64,000 bases of DNA, taken from Obrimoposthia wandeli (taxonomy: Eukaryota). Position numbers and translations under genes: made by a program. This document shows positions 40,009 to 50,182 of this stretch, piece after piece (within the stretch, counting starts at the first letter, position 1; each line of letters begins with the position of its first letter). The notes under the pieces are model-generated. The model saw nothing but the letters and a program-made list of their open reading frames with translations. It had not been told where the DNA came from and searched no databases. The DNA lies in the NCBI GenBank assembly GCA_977020255.1, contig CDROCS010000253.1, forward strand, positions 4,340,001-4,404,000, given 5' to 3'.

Positions 40009-40247
40009 ATAAAGAAACTAAATATAAATTAACTAGGCGTTTATTTGGTTTATGTAACCTAAGTGGTGACGATGTCATCAATAAAGGTAGTTGCTCGAAG
40101 ATGTTTTACTTATAGGATGTGTAAATGGCGATGATATTCAATCTGGTGAAAAAACCAATCATGATGATTGCCCACCACAGGCTTTAGCTAATTCCATTTG
40201 ATGGAATAGCTATCAACCAATGTTGATGATGTGCTTTTTAGTTTTAT

Positions 40248-40388
40248 CTAGTTAAGTTGGCTACTGGTTGGCAATTCATATACTTCAATTATTGCTTGAT
40301 TGAAATGGGACTGTCTACGTGAAGTCATTTTATGATGCTGGCGACTTAACTGTTTTCTACGTTGATTATTTTTTAATGGTCTTTTCAT
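40248..40388 (-). CDS. Uncalled 46-aa basic small protein, predicted Pho regulon member
   Basis: Hand translation MKRPLKNNQRRKQLSRQHHKMTSRRQSHFNQAIIEVYELPTSSQLN*; GGA 9 nt before the ATG; starts about 30 nt after a PHO-box promoter. Confidence 0.6.
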   Translation of the reverse strand: MKRPLKNNQRRKQLSRQHHKMTSRRQSHFNQAIIEVYELPTSSQLN

Positions 40389-40424
40389 TTTAAGAATTCC
40401 AATTGGCTTTTAAATAGTCTAATT

Positions 40425-40458
40425 ACTATAGCCTGCTATCGTGACAGTTTTATGACAG
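40425..40458 (-). promoter_or_regulatory. Consensus PHO box with -10 element
   Basis: Minus strand CTGTCAT-AAAA-CTGTCAC (40458-40441), 10-nt spacer, then TATAGT (40430-40425). Confidence 0.88.
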
Positions 40459-40613
40459 AAAAAATTCAAAGATGTAGGAGGATAATTACCCTTAATTTTC
40501 TGGCATGAAAATCAAAAAAACGTAATATTAGTAATCAATAGCTTATTATCAAATCGTCTACTGTGATGAACTTACTATAATTAATAGCTATAAAAAATCG
40601 TTACACGGCTAAT

Positions 40614-42230
40614 TTATTGAGCCGTTTCATTTTTCACTTCACTTTCCTTTAAAATACTCTCAGTCGAGTTTTTCTCTGATGTCGATTCTTTTAATAGTTC
40701 ATTCATTAATGGCTCATCCATTAGTGATAATGCTTTAATATTCTCTTGTGCTAGCTTTAATGCAATAGCCTGCTCTTTGGCTTGATCATCTAACCAGCTT
40801 AAGGTGTCGTAATAGCGACGAATATTGTCAACGTACTCGACTGGCTCTTCACCACGGGCATAACCATATTTAGTGCTTTTGTAATATTTTTTCTGTTGTA
40901 ATAACGGCAAACGACTTTTAACTTCTACCCAACGATCAGGATCACCGCCTTGGCGCTGGGTTATAATCCTCGCATCATTTAAATGGCCAAAACCAATATT
41001 GTAAGAAGCTAACGCAAACCAAATACGATCTGGCGTCGGAATTCTATCAGGCATCTTGGCAATCATACGCTTAAAGTATTTTGCGCCGCCTCTAATGCTT
41101 TGTTCTGTGTCTAAGCGGCTTTTTATACCCATTTGTTTCGCTGTTGCTAACGTCAGCATCATCATACCGCGAACACCGGTATATGAACGCGCCCTTGGAT
41201 TCCAGTGTGACTCTTGGTAGCTAATAGCAGCCAGTAAACGCCAATCAAGTTCTTGCGCATACTTCTCAAATAACGACTGATACTTAGGTAAAGTCTTTGC
41301 TACTGCCTTAATAAACGTTCGGGTTTCAACATAATTGAATTGTTCAATATGACCATAGTATTTATCATCCAGCGCCAACAGAGTGCCATCATGATGAACA
41401 GTGCCAAAAAACTCCACCAAGCTTGCTAAGATATCATCGTCGCTATTTTTACTTACCATCCAAGCCAAGGGTTCTGGTTTATCAATACTAAAACCAATAC
41501 TTATCTCTGGGTAATAACGACGGTTAATGGCTAAATTATTACTATCAATAATGGTGTAATCTATTTCACCACTTAATACTTTTCTCAGTAGCTCTTCGCT
41601 ATCGAATTCGCTGGTTTCTTGCCAAACCAACTCGCTATTTGTTTGTTTTAACTTTTCAAGGTTTTCTACATAACTTGACCCAGAAGTAACCATTAATTTA
41701 CCTGTTAAATCAGCCACTTCCCTCGGCCTTACCTTGCCTTGCTTAAAGACTAGCTTCTGGCTGATAGTTTCATAGCTGGGGGAAAATCTAAAACGCTGCA
41801 AGCGTTTATCAGTAATTGATAATCCCGCAGCAAGCAGGTCGACTTCGCCGGTATTTAATTTAATAAAAAGTTCATCAAGGCTATACGTTGGGATAATGCG
41901 TAATTCAACATTGAGTGAGTTTGCGTATTTTTTTGCTAGCTCATATTCAAAACCAGCAAAGCCGTTTGCTGTAGAGTAATAGTTTGTTGGGCCGAAAATG
42001 GTACCTACATTGATATAACCTCTCGCTAAAATGCGAGATAAATTTGAAGAGTCATTTTCTTTATCACAAGCACTTAATAATACTGTGCTAAAAACAACCA
42101 ATAGCAACGAGGTAAACTTAGTCACTAACTTACTAGTGAGCTTAGATTTTATTGAAAAAGATAAATATTTAGTCATGGAGGTAATTGTGTCGTGTATTGT
42201 TCTATTAGCCAAGCATTTTTTACTTGACAC
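40614..42230 (-). CDS. mltF: Membrane-bound lytic murein transglycosylase F
   Basis: SBP domain ([15 protein letters not shown]) plus SLT domain ([29 protein letters not shown]); divergent from purL; start may be 42176. Confidence 0.95.
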   Translation of the reverse strand: MSSKKCLANRTIHDTITSMTKYLSFSIKSKLTSKLVTKFTSLLLVVFSTVLLSACDKENDSSNLSRILARGYINVGTIFGPTNYYSTANGFAGFEYELAKKYANSLNVELRIIPTYSLDELFIKLNTGEVDLLAAGLSITDKRLQRFRFSPSYETISQKLVFKQGKVRPREVADLTGKLMVTSGSSYVENLEKLKQTNSELVWQETSEFDSEELLRKVLSGEIDYTIIDSNNLAINRRYYPEISIGFSIDKPEPLAWMVSKNSDDDILASLVEFFGTVHHDGTLLALDDKYYGHIEQFNYVETRTFIKAVAKTLPKYQSLFEKYAQELDWRLLAAISYQESHWNPRARSYTGVRGMMMLTLATAKQMGIKSRLDTEQSIRGGAKYFKRMIAKMPDRIPTPDRIWFALASYNIGFGHLNDARIITQRQGGDPDRWVEVKSRLPLLQQKKYYKSTKYGYARGEEPVEYVDNIRRYYDTLSWLDDQAKEQAIALKLAQENIKALSLMDEPLMNELLKESTSEKNSTESILKESEVKNETAQ

Positions 42231-42260
42231 TACTGTTAAGTTTTTACTTGACTTTTTCCA

Positions 42261-42296
42261 TTAACAAAAGCGTTATTTTCAACTATAATACGCGCG
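42261..42296 (+). promoter_or_regulatory. Sigma70 promoter of purL with a GC-rich discriminator
   Basis: TTAACA-17 nt-TATAAT followed by ACGCGCG. Confidence 0.6.
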
Positions 42297-42377
42297 AAAT
42301 TTTCGGTTAGCTTTTACTATGCAAATTTAGCAGTTAAAAGCCAATCAAAGCCTTACATAAAACTTGGTGATTACCCT

Positions 42378-45300
42378 ATGACGATGTTGATTAAAAACCT
42401 TCGTGGCGCTCCAGCACTTTCTGATTTTAGAGTTGAGAAGTTATTAGCTCAATGTGAGCAGTTACAACTGCCTGTTAGCGATATTTATGCTGAATTTGCC
42501 CATTTCGCTCAGCTTAATGAAGAATTAAGCGCAAGCGAAGAGAATGTTTTACAGCAATTACTTACTTACGGTCCAACAATTGAAGAACACCAACCTACAG
42601 GTTTGTTCTTATTAGTGACTCCTCGTCCGGGCACTATTTCTCCTTGGTCATCAAAATCTACTGATATAGCGCACAACTGTGGTTTAGCTAAAGTGGTTCG
42701 TTTAGAGCGCGGTATTGCCTATTACGTATCTTTGCAAAGCGATGCACAATTAAGCGCTGAACAAGAAATACAGCTAAACGCTTTATTACACGACCGTATG
42801 ATGGAAAGTATTTTTAATGACTTCGATCAGACAAGTTTATTGTTTACTAGCAGTGAGCCAGCTAAATTAACCGCGATTGATATTGAAAATGGCGGAAAAG
42901 AAGCATTAGTTAAGGCTAATATAGAATTAGGCTTAGCCTTAGCAGTCGATGAAGTTAATTACTTATTCGAGAACTTTACTAAACTAGGTCGTAATCCTCA
43001 CGATATAGAGCTTTACATGTTTGCTCAAGCAAACTCAGAACATTGTCGTCATAAAATATTCAACGCTGACTGGACGATTGACGGTGTTAAACAAGAAAAA
43101 TCATTATTTAAAATGATCCGTAATACCCACGAAATCAACCCTGATTACGTACTTAGCGCTTACAGTGATAATGCCGCGGTAATGGTTGGTAATAAAGGTG
43201 GTCGCTTCTTCCCGAACCCTGAAACGAATATTTATGGTTACAACCATGAAGATATTCAAATCTTGATGAAAGTTGAAACCCATAACCATCCTACCGCTAT
43301 TTCTCCATACCCTGGTGCTGCAACAGGCTCAGGTGGTGAGATTCGTGATGAAGGTGCAACCGGTATCGGTTCAAAACCTAAAGCAGGTTTAGTGGGTTTC
43401 TCTGTATCTAACTTACGTATTCCTGACTTTGTACAACCTTGGGAAACAGATTTTGGCAAACCAAGCCGCATCGTAACGGCTTTTGACATCATGATGGAAG
43501 GTCCATTAGGTGGCGCAGCATTTAATAATGAATTTGGTCGCCCAGCTATCTTAGGTTACTTCCGTACGTATGAAGAAGAAGTTAACTCATTTAACGGTAA
43601 AGAAGTACGTGGTTACCACAAGCCAATTATGCTTGCTGGTGGTTTAGGTAACATCCGTGATGAACATGTACAAAAACGTGAAATCATCGTTGGCGCTAAC
43701 CTTATTGCTTTAGGTGGCCCAGCAATGAACATTGGTTTAGGTGGCGGTGCTGCTTCATCAATGGCTTCTGGTCAATCAGCTGAAAGCTTAGACTTTGCTT
43801 CTGTTCAACGTGAAAACCCAGAAATGGAACGTCGTTGCCAAGAAGTTATCGATAAGTGTTGGCAGCTAGGCGAAGAAAACCCAATTGCTTTCATTCATGA
43901 TGTGGGTGCCGGTGGTTTATCTAATGCTTTCCCTGAGTTAGTTGCTGATGGCGGCCGTGGTGGTGTATTTGAACTACGTAAAGTACCAAATGACGAACGC
44001 AGCATGGCACCTCATGAGATTTGGTGTAACGAATCTCAAGAACGTTATGTTATTGCCGTATCAGACCATAACCTAGCGATTTTTGAACAAATATGTGCCC
44101 GTGAACGTGCGCCATATGCGGTTGTTGGTCGTGCGACTGAAAAATTACATTTAACCGTTACTGATGAACATTTCGCTAACGATGAAAAGCTAAATACGCC
44201 AATCGATTTACCACTTGACGTATTATTAGGTAAAACACCTAAAATTTATAAAGACGTTAAAACAGCAACGGCTGCTGGTGATTCACTCGATTTAAGTACT
44301 GTGACATTAGCTGACGCTGCTGACAGAATTTTAAGCTTACCAACCGTTGCTGAAAAAACCTTCCTAATTACCATTGGCGATCGCTCGGTAACAGGTATGG
44401 TTAATCGCGATCAAATGGTTGGTCCTTGGCAGGTTCCTGTTGCCGATTGTGGTGTTACTGCATCAGCACTAGATTCATACCACGGTGAGGCAATGTCATT
44501 AGGTGAACGTACACCGGTTGCCTTATTAAACTTTGGCGCTTCTGCTCGTTTAGCAGTAGCTGAATCACTAATGAACATTGCTGGTACTGATATTGCTGGT
44601 TCTGACGGTGAGAGGTTAAACCGTATTAAGCTTTCTGCTAACTGGATGTCGCCAGCCGGTCATCCTGGTGAAGATGCAGGTCTTTACGAAGCGGTTAAAG
44701 CCATTGGTGAAGAACTTTGTCCAGCGCTTGGTTTAACTATTCCTGTGGGCAAAGACTCTATGTCGATGAAAACCCAGTGGGAAGATGATGGTGAAACGAA
44801 ATCTGTGACCTCTCCAATGTCGTTAATTATTACCGCTTTTGGTGCTGTTGAAGATATCCGCAAAACGGTTACCCCTGAATTAAGAACAGATAAAGGTGAC
44901 ACTTGCCTTATTGCTATCGACTTATCTCAAGGTAAAAAACGTTTAGGTGGTTCATGTTTAGCACAAGTTTACAAACAACTGGGTAGTGAAACACCGGATG
45001 TTGATAGCCCTGAAGTATTGAAAGGTTTCTTCAACGCGATGCAGACACTTGTTCGCGCTGAAAAAGTTATTGCTTACCATGATATTTCAGACGGTGGTTT
45101 ATTCACTACAGTGACTGAAATGGCTTTTGCGGGTCATACCGGTGTTGATATTGACATCAGTAAACTAGTTAGTGTAAATGAAGCAAACGGTGCAAGTGAT
45201 GATTTAGCGACATTATTTAATGAAGAGTTAGGTGCTGTCATTCAAGTTTTTGCAAGCGATGTAGATGCAATTCATACTATTTTAGCTGAGCACGGCGTTC

Positions 45301-46379
45301 AAGATTACTGTACTGACATTGGTAGCCTTAATAACGAAGATACCATCCGCTTTAGCCGTGATGGTGAAGTTGTATTAGAGAACTCTCGTACTTATTACCG
45401 TACTGTTTGGGCACAAACGACTTATAGAATGCAGTCACTTCGTGATAACCCTGAATGTGCACAACAAGAACACGATGTTAAATTTGATACTGAAGATCCA
45501 GGCCTAAATACTGAGCTTACCTTTGATATCAACGAAGACATTGTTGCTGATTTAATTGTGAAAGATGCACAAAACAGTGTAGATGGAAATGCTAACGGCA
45601 TAGCTAACCCTCGCGTTGCTATTCTACGTGAGCAAGGTGTTAACTCACATGTTGAGATGGCAGCAGCGTTCGACAGAGCTGGTTTTGTTGCTATTGACGT
45701 TCATATGTCTGATATTTTATCAGGCCGTACTGATTTAGCTGATTTTAATGGCTTAGTTGCTTGTGGTGGTTTCTCTTACGGTGATGTTTTAGGTGCTGGT
45801 GAAGGTTGGGCAAAATCAATCTTATTTAATGCCAACGCACGTGAAATGTTCAAAACATTCTTTGAACGTGACACTACTTTCACGCTAGGTGTTTGTAACG
45901 GTTGTCAAATGTTGTCTAACTTAAAAGACATCATCCCTGGCTCAGAACATTGGCCTCGTTTTGTACAAAACAAATCTGAACGTTTTGAAGCACGTTTCTC
46001 ATTAGTTGAAATTCAAGAAAGCCCATCGGTATTGTTTAAAGGCATGGCTGGTTCACGTATGCCAATCGCTGTTTCACATGGTGAAGGTCACACTGAGTTT
46101 AGCTCTGATGAAGCAATCGATGCGGCGAATAACTCAGGTACGGTATCAATGCGTTACATTAATAACTACGGTGATGTGACTGAAACATATCCAGCGAACC
46201 CTAATGGCTCTGTTGATGGTATAACGGCATTAACAAGTACTGATGGTCGTGTAACGATTATGATGCCACATCCTGAGCGTGTATTTAGAACAGTTGCTAA
46301 CTCATGGCATCCAGATAGCTGGGGTGAAGATTCACCTTGGGTACGCATGTTCCGTAACGCTCGTGCATTTATCGGCTAA
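42378..46379 (+). CDS. purL: Phosphoribosylformylglycinamidine synthase (large type)
   Basis: [45 protein letters not shown]. Confidence 0.98.
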   Translation: MTMLIKNLRGAPALSDFRVEKLLAQCEQLQLPVSDIYAEFAHFAQLNEELSASEENVLQQLLTYGPTIEEHQPTGLFLLVTPRPGTISPWSSKSTDIAHNCGLAKVVRLERGIAYYVSLQSDAQLSAEQEIQLNALLHDRMMESIFNDFDQTSLLFTSSEPAKLTAIDIENGGKEALVKANIELGLALAVDEVNYLFENFTKLGRNPHDIELYMFAQANSEHCRHKIFNADWTIDGVKQEKSLFKMIRNTHEINPDYVLSAYSDNAAVMVGNKGGRFFPNPETNIYGYNHEDIQILMKVETHNHPTAISPYPGAATGSGGEIRDEGATGIGSKPKAGLVGFSVSNLRIPDFVQPWETDFGKPSRIVTAFDIMMEGPLGGAAFNNEFGRPAILGYFRTYEEEVNSFNGKEVRGYHKPIMLAGGLGNIRDEHVQKREIIVGANLIALGGPAMNIGLGGGAASSMASGQSAESLDFASVQRENPEMERRCQEVIDKCWQLGEENPIAFIHDVGAGGLSNAFPELVADGGRGGVFELRKVPNDERSMAPHEIWCNESQERYVIAVSDHNLAIFEQICARERAPYAVVGRATEKLHLTVTDEHFANDEKLNTPIDLPLDVLLGKTPKIYKDVKTATAAGDSLDLSTVTLADAADRILSLPTVAEKTFLITIGDRSVTGMVNRDQMVGPWQVPVADCGVTASALDSYHGEAMSLGERTPVALLNFGASARLAVAESLMNIAGTDIAGSDGERLNRIKLSANWMSPAGHPGEDAGLYEAVKAIGEELCPALGLTIPVGKDSMSMKTQWEDDGETKSVTSPMSLIITAFGAVEDIRKTVTPELRTDKGDTCLIAIDLSQGKKRLGGSCLAQVYKQLGSETPDVDSPEVLKGFFNAMQTLVRAEKVIAYHDISDGGLFTTVTEMAFAGHTGVDIDISKLVSVNEANGASDDLATLFNEELGAVIQVFASDVDAIHTILAEHGVQDYCTDIGSLNNEDTIRFSRDGEVVLENSRTYYRTVWAQTTYRMQSLRDNPECAQQEHDVKFDTEDPGLNTELTFDINEDIVADLIVKDAQNSVDGNANGIANPRVAILREQGVNSHVEMAAAFDRAGFVAIDVHMSDILSGRTDLADFNGLVACGGFSYGDVLGAGEGWAKSILFNANAREMFKTFFERDTTFTLGVCNGCQMLSNLKDIIPGSEHWPRFVQNKSERFEARFSLVEIQESPSVLFKGMAGSRMPIAVSHGEGHTEFSSDEAIDAANNSGTVSMRYINNYGDVTETYPANPNGSVDGITALTSTDGRVTIMMPHPERVFRTVANSWHPDSWGEDSPWVRMFRNARAFIG

Positions 46380-46520
46380 CCTTTTTGCTATTAAAGCTAA
46401 TTTAATTGTCAAAAGTACTCACTGACATTCGTCAGCTCCGTGCTTTTTCCGCTAACTTAGCTTAACTAGCTTCAAGGACATTGATTGGTAAACTTTGTGG
46501 TTAACTAACTTAATGAGCAT

Positions 46521-46563
46521 AAAAAAACCGACAACTTTCTATTAAGAGAGCTGTCGGTTTTTT
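46521..46563. terminator. Bidirectional terminator
   Basis: AAAAAACCGACA..TGTCGGTTTTTT between convergent genes. Confidence 0.85.
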
Positions 46564-46644
46564 ATTGTCTTTTTCCAACGTTAAAACTGTTTTGACTACA
46601 GCAAAAGAGCCACTGGCATGGCTAAAAACAATAGAGGGAATTAC

Positions 46645-46860
46645 TTAGACAAAATCCAACGAAATATCGGTGCAGCCTTTTGCGCAGCGAATCCCGGTAA
46701 GTTCACCTTGCTCTGGCGTATAAAGCGTTAACGGTTGTTTGCAAGTACTACACGGAACTGTTCTTCCTGACATAACTTGTTTAAGTAACTTCTTTTGCTC
46801 AAAGAACGACTCTTTACTCGCCTTTTGTAACGCTGCGAACTGTTTAATATCTATGTTCAT
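46645..46860 (-). CDS. Small hypothetical protein with CxxC and CxxxC motifs (possible zinc ribbon)
   Basis: 71 aa; CSTC and CAKGC; AAGG upstream of the ATG. Confidence 0.65.
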   Translation of the reverse strand: MNIDIKQFAALQKASKESFFEQKKLLKQVMSGRTVPCSTCKQPLTLYTPEQGELTGIRCAKGCTDISLDFV

Positions 46861-46926
46861 AACCTTCCAAATTCATTAATTATAAAGACAACGATGACTT
46901 GTATTTACTCTACTGTCTTTTTAACG

Positions 46927-47277
46927 CTATTCTACAAAGTAAAGACCATCAAACTGCCCTTTTAAAGGTCCTGCACTTGACTCCAACAACTCTTGATAGC
47001 TGGTAATGTTTTCATAGGTCACTGGCATTTGTGGATAAGCGGTAATTTCCCAAGGTAAATGAGGATGTGCTTCTGATGGCGTAAAAGAGAGTTTTTGATT
47101 ATTTTCTAATAATAATTGGCCAAACTTGAGCGCTAATTCTTGACTAGGAAATAACATTGAGAATTCAATTTCACGTTCATTTATTAAATCTTCACCACTT
47201 TCTTGCATCTGCCAAAGGGTATTACCAATTTCATCTTCAGGGTAAAGCGCTAAATCACGTGTCATAGTTACTCTCAT
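46927..47277 (-). CDS. RraB-domain protein (regulator of ribonuclease activity B family)
   Basis: L..M.E.G.DL...REIEF...F, terminal G.FDG pattern, acidic; start probably 47265. Confidence 0.7.
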   Translation of the reverse strand: MRVTMTRDLALYPEDEIGNTLWQMQESGEDLINEREIEFSMLFPSQELALKFGQLLLENNQKLSFTPSEAHPHLPWEITAYPQMPVTYENITSYQELLESSAGPLKGQFDGLYFVE

Positions 47278-47389
47278 TTATTTAGATTGAGTATAATTTA
47301 GGATTATTATACTGATTTCGATATTTTAGCTTTGCTAAGTAAATAAACCTAGTAAAATAACTGCAAAGCCCTCGTTACTCATTTGAAAT

Positions 47390-48415
47390 ATGCCTGTAAA
47401 TAAAACCTGTTCAAATACGCAAAGTGAAACCCCAACACAAAACCATCAAAAATTTGAATGGCATATTATTGTCACCGAGAAAAGTGTCACCGAACAAAAT
47501 CTCACTGAGAAAAGAGCCACTAAACAAGAAAGTTGTACTGCCATTTCAATATTAGTTAATTACTGTAAGACACAAGGTCATGAGAAAAATATTTCGCTAT
47601 CCACAGCCGAGTTAAAACAGGCTATCAGTAAAGGTGCATTGTGGTTAACGCCCGCTAAAAATAAAAAACAAACGCAGCGACTACGTCGGGTAAAAAAACA
47701 ATTGTTAATTGGTGATGAACTGCACTTTTATTTCAATAAAGAAGTGCTATCAGCACCTGTTCCACAAGCATTATTAATTGCCGATTTAATTGATTACAGT
47801 GTTTGGTATAAACCTTACGGTATGTTGTCTCAGGGCTCTAAATGGAGTGACCATTGCACCATCGCACGTTTCGCTCAGCAAAATTTACCAAATGAACGCC
47901 CTGCTTTTATTGTGCATCGATTAGATAGAGCGGCGACAGGCTTAATTATTGTTGCCCATAGTAAAACTGCCGCACGGGCCTTATCGACTATGTTTGAGTT
48001 TCATCTACTTGAAAAGCATTACCACATCATTGTTCATGGCGATCACAATACAAGACCTCAGCCAGAAGTCATTGAATGTGACGTTGATGGAAAAAGTGCT
48101 CGTAGTACTTTTACTTGCTTAGCCTATGATAACGTTACAGACCGTTCGCTAATAAAAGTGAAAATAGACAGTGGCAGAAAACATCAGATAAGACTACATG
48201 CAGCAAGCATTGGTATGCCAGTAGTTGGTGATAGGTTACATGGCGTAGCGGATACAAATGAAGAGTGTAATTTGCAATTATGTGCCGTTAGCTTACGTTT
48301 TGTTTGTCCGCTAACGACAGGGGTTACGCCAGTAAGTGATAAGCCATTTATTGAACAAGAGCGTTTTTTTGAGTTACCAGAAACATTAAAGCCCCAGTTA
48401 TTACTGAGACCTTAA
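47390..48415 (+). CDS. RluA-family pseudouridine synthase
   Basis: WYKPYGMLSQGSKWSDH, VHRLDRAATG, SGRKHQIRLH, VVGDRLHG. Confidence 0.9.
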   Translation: MPVNKTCSNTQSETPTQNHQKFEWHIIVTEKSVTEQNLTEKRATKQESCTAISILVNYCKTQGHEKNISLSTAELKQAISKGALWLTPAKNKKQTQRLRRVKKQLLIGDELHFYFNKEVLSAPVPQALLIADLIDYSVWYKPYGMLSQGSKWSDHCTIARFAQQNLPNERPAFIVHRLDRAATGLIIVAHSKTAARALSTMFEFHLLEKHYHIIVHGDHNTRPQPEVIECDVDGKSARSTFTCLAYDNVTDRSLIKVKIDSGRKHQIRLHAASIGMPVVGDRLHGVADTNEECNLQLCAVSLRFVCPLTTGVTPVSDKPFIEQERFFELPETLKPQLLLRP

Positions 48416-48505
48416 ATTTATAGATGAGCAACTATTTAGATAAGCTTATTTATAAACGCACTTTATAAATTCTTCATAAAGAAGGAAATCACGCTAAACA
48501 AAAGA

Positions 48506-49426
48506 CTAAATACAGTAATTAAAGTCACTATCTTCAAGTAAAGACAAACTGTCACCAACCAAGTCTTTTGTCGCTATCGCTTTTAATAACTCAAAACCAA
48601 CTTTACGTTGCTCCATAGTAAGCGCATAGTAAGGTAAGCGGAAGTTATTAGGCACCGCATCAGTCATTATCATCGCTGTGTTAATGGCAATAGGATTAGG
48701 CTCACAAAACAGCCACTTCATCAATCCCTGTAAACTATCATTCAACTTAGCTGATTCGTCTAAATTATCTTTATCCATTAATTTGCGCATAAAGCCAGGA
48801 ATGATATTAGAAGCAACAGAAATAACACCATGAGAACCATGGACATGACGACCTACATAACTTTCATCATCATTTCCTGACCAACAAGCAATACCTCTTT
48901 TTTCATAATAGGCAATGCGATCATTACCAGAACATTCTTTCATACCTATAAAGTTTTCATGTGTTGATAAAGGCTCAATGATTTCTGGTGTTAAATCTTG
49001 TCCTGTTCTACCTGGTACGTTATAGATAAAGGCAGGACCGATAGCAAGAACACGTTTAAAGTGCTCGCTAACACCTTTAACTGAAGTACGACCATAATAA
49101 GGATTAATTTGTAGCGCTGCATCCATACCCATAGCAAAACCATTTTCAGTGGCTTTTATTGCTTCGCGGGTATTATTACTGCCCGTGTTACCAATAATAA
49201 TTAATTTATCACTAAAGTTATTTACACAATGAGCAATTAGCATTAAATGCTCTTCCCAGCTAAGTAAATGTCCTTCGCCGGTAGTACCGCCAACTATGAT
49301 GGCGTCTACGCCAGCAGAAATTTGTTGTTCTATTAAGAAATCATAAGTTTTTAAACAAACCTCTCCTTTGTCAGTGTAAGGAGTTTTTATTGCGGTCATT
49401 AAACTTGCTGCTTTTAATCGTTTCAT
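48506..49426 (-). CDS. dapA: 4-hydroxy-tetrahydrodipicolinate synthase, plant-like type
   Basis: TAIKTPY, GGTTGEG, GNTGSN.TREA, INPYYG, YNVPGRTGQD, MKEC, WSGNDD, EPNPI, FRLPY. Confidence 0.9.
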   Translation of the reverse strand: MKRLKAASLMTAIKTPYTDKGEVCLKTYDFLIEQQISAGVDAIIVGGTTGEGHLLSWEEHLMLIAHCVNNFSDKLIIIGNTGSNNTREAIKATENGFAMGMDAALQINPYYGRTSVKGVSEHFKRVLAIGPAFIYNVPGRTGQDLTPEIIEPLSTHENFIGMKECSGNDRIAYYEKRGIACWSGNDDESYVGRHVHGSHGVISVASNIIPGFMRKLMDKDNLDESAKLNDSLQGLMKWLFCEPNPIAINTAMIMTDAVPNNFRLPYYALTMEQRKVGFELLKAIATKDLVGDSLSLLEDSDFNYCI

Positions 49427-49490
49427 TAACTATCTCTAATACTTTTATTTAGCTTCAATAAGGGAAATCGGTAAATTCTTGCAAATCATT

Positions 49491-49880
49491 CTAGCAATGA
49501 CCGGGGTTATCAACAACCCGTCTCATGATATATTCTTCATTCGTTAAGCTATGCCGATAGTGGAATGTCTTATGATCTAGCGCTAACACTTTATATGCAT
49601 GATAATTATCATCATTATTTAAGTCAGCGGCGTAAAGTTCTTCGTCAACAAGTTCATTTTTAGTGAGTGTAAAGTGAATATCTGCCACGAGCCCCCAATC
49701 ACCCAGCTCGGTGATTTGCTCAATAACATCGCCCTTTATATCCAGTGTTATAAAGGTAAACTCAAAACTACCATCACTACTAAGTTGAGCATATTCAACG
49801 GTTTCATTGCCGTGTTCATCAATATCATTTCGATACCAGCGTCCAAAGAGCAACGCTCGGGGGTAACTAGTTTTGCTCAC
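49491..49880 (-). CDS. Hypothetical protein (predicted beta-rich)
   Basis: 129-aa acidic ORF (LFGRWYR, ELGDWGL); no named family recognised. Confidence 0.7.
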   Translation of the reverse strand: MSKTSYPRALLFGRWYRNDIDEHGNETVEYAQLSSDGSFEFTFITLDIKGDVIEQITELGDWGLVADIHFTLTKNELVDEELYAADLNNDDNYHAYKVLALDHKTFHYRHSLTNEEYIMRRVVDNPGHC

Positions 49881-50182
49881 TATTTTTTTCCTAATATTTT
49901 GGGATGTGGAACTAAAATGTTAAGTTATGACTTAATCATAAGATAACCACAAGCCTTATTAACAAGCTTGTGGTTATCTTAATGTAAAAAGTGGGCATGT
50001 GAACAGTTATTCAGGAGAATATGCTCAAGATAATTACGACTGAAGCGCTAAGCTGCACAATAAATTAGTCCGATTGGTATTAATCCGTTTAGTATAATTG
50101 TGATATTCAAAAAAATTAGATGTAACTTTAGATGAAAAGGTTTAAGTTTATCGACCAATAAAACCATTTAGGAAAATGAACT

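Noticed and set aside
40248-40388. Identity of the small ORF as ribosomal protein bL34 (also 46 aa, basic, starts MKR)
   Set aside because: Lacks the MKRTFQP..R.HGFR.RM.T..GR pattern; only length and charge are similar
50012-50060. Glycine riboswitch-like words (GGAGA..GACTGAAG)
   Set aside because: No tandem aptamer architecture or CTCTCAGG motif; the downstream gene is not glycine-related
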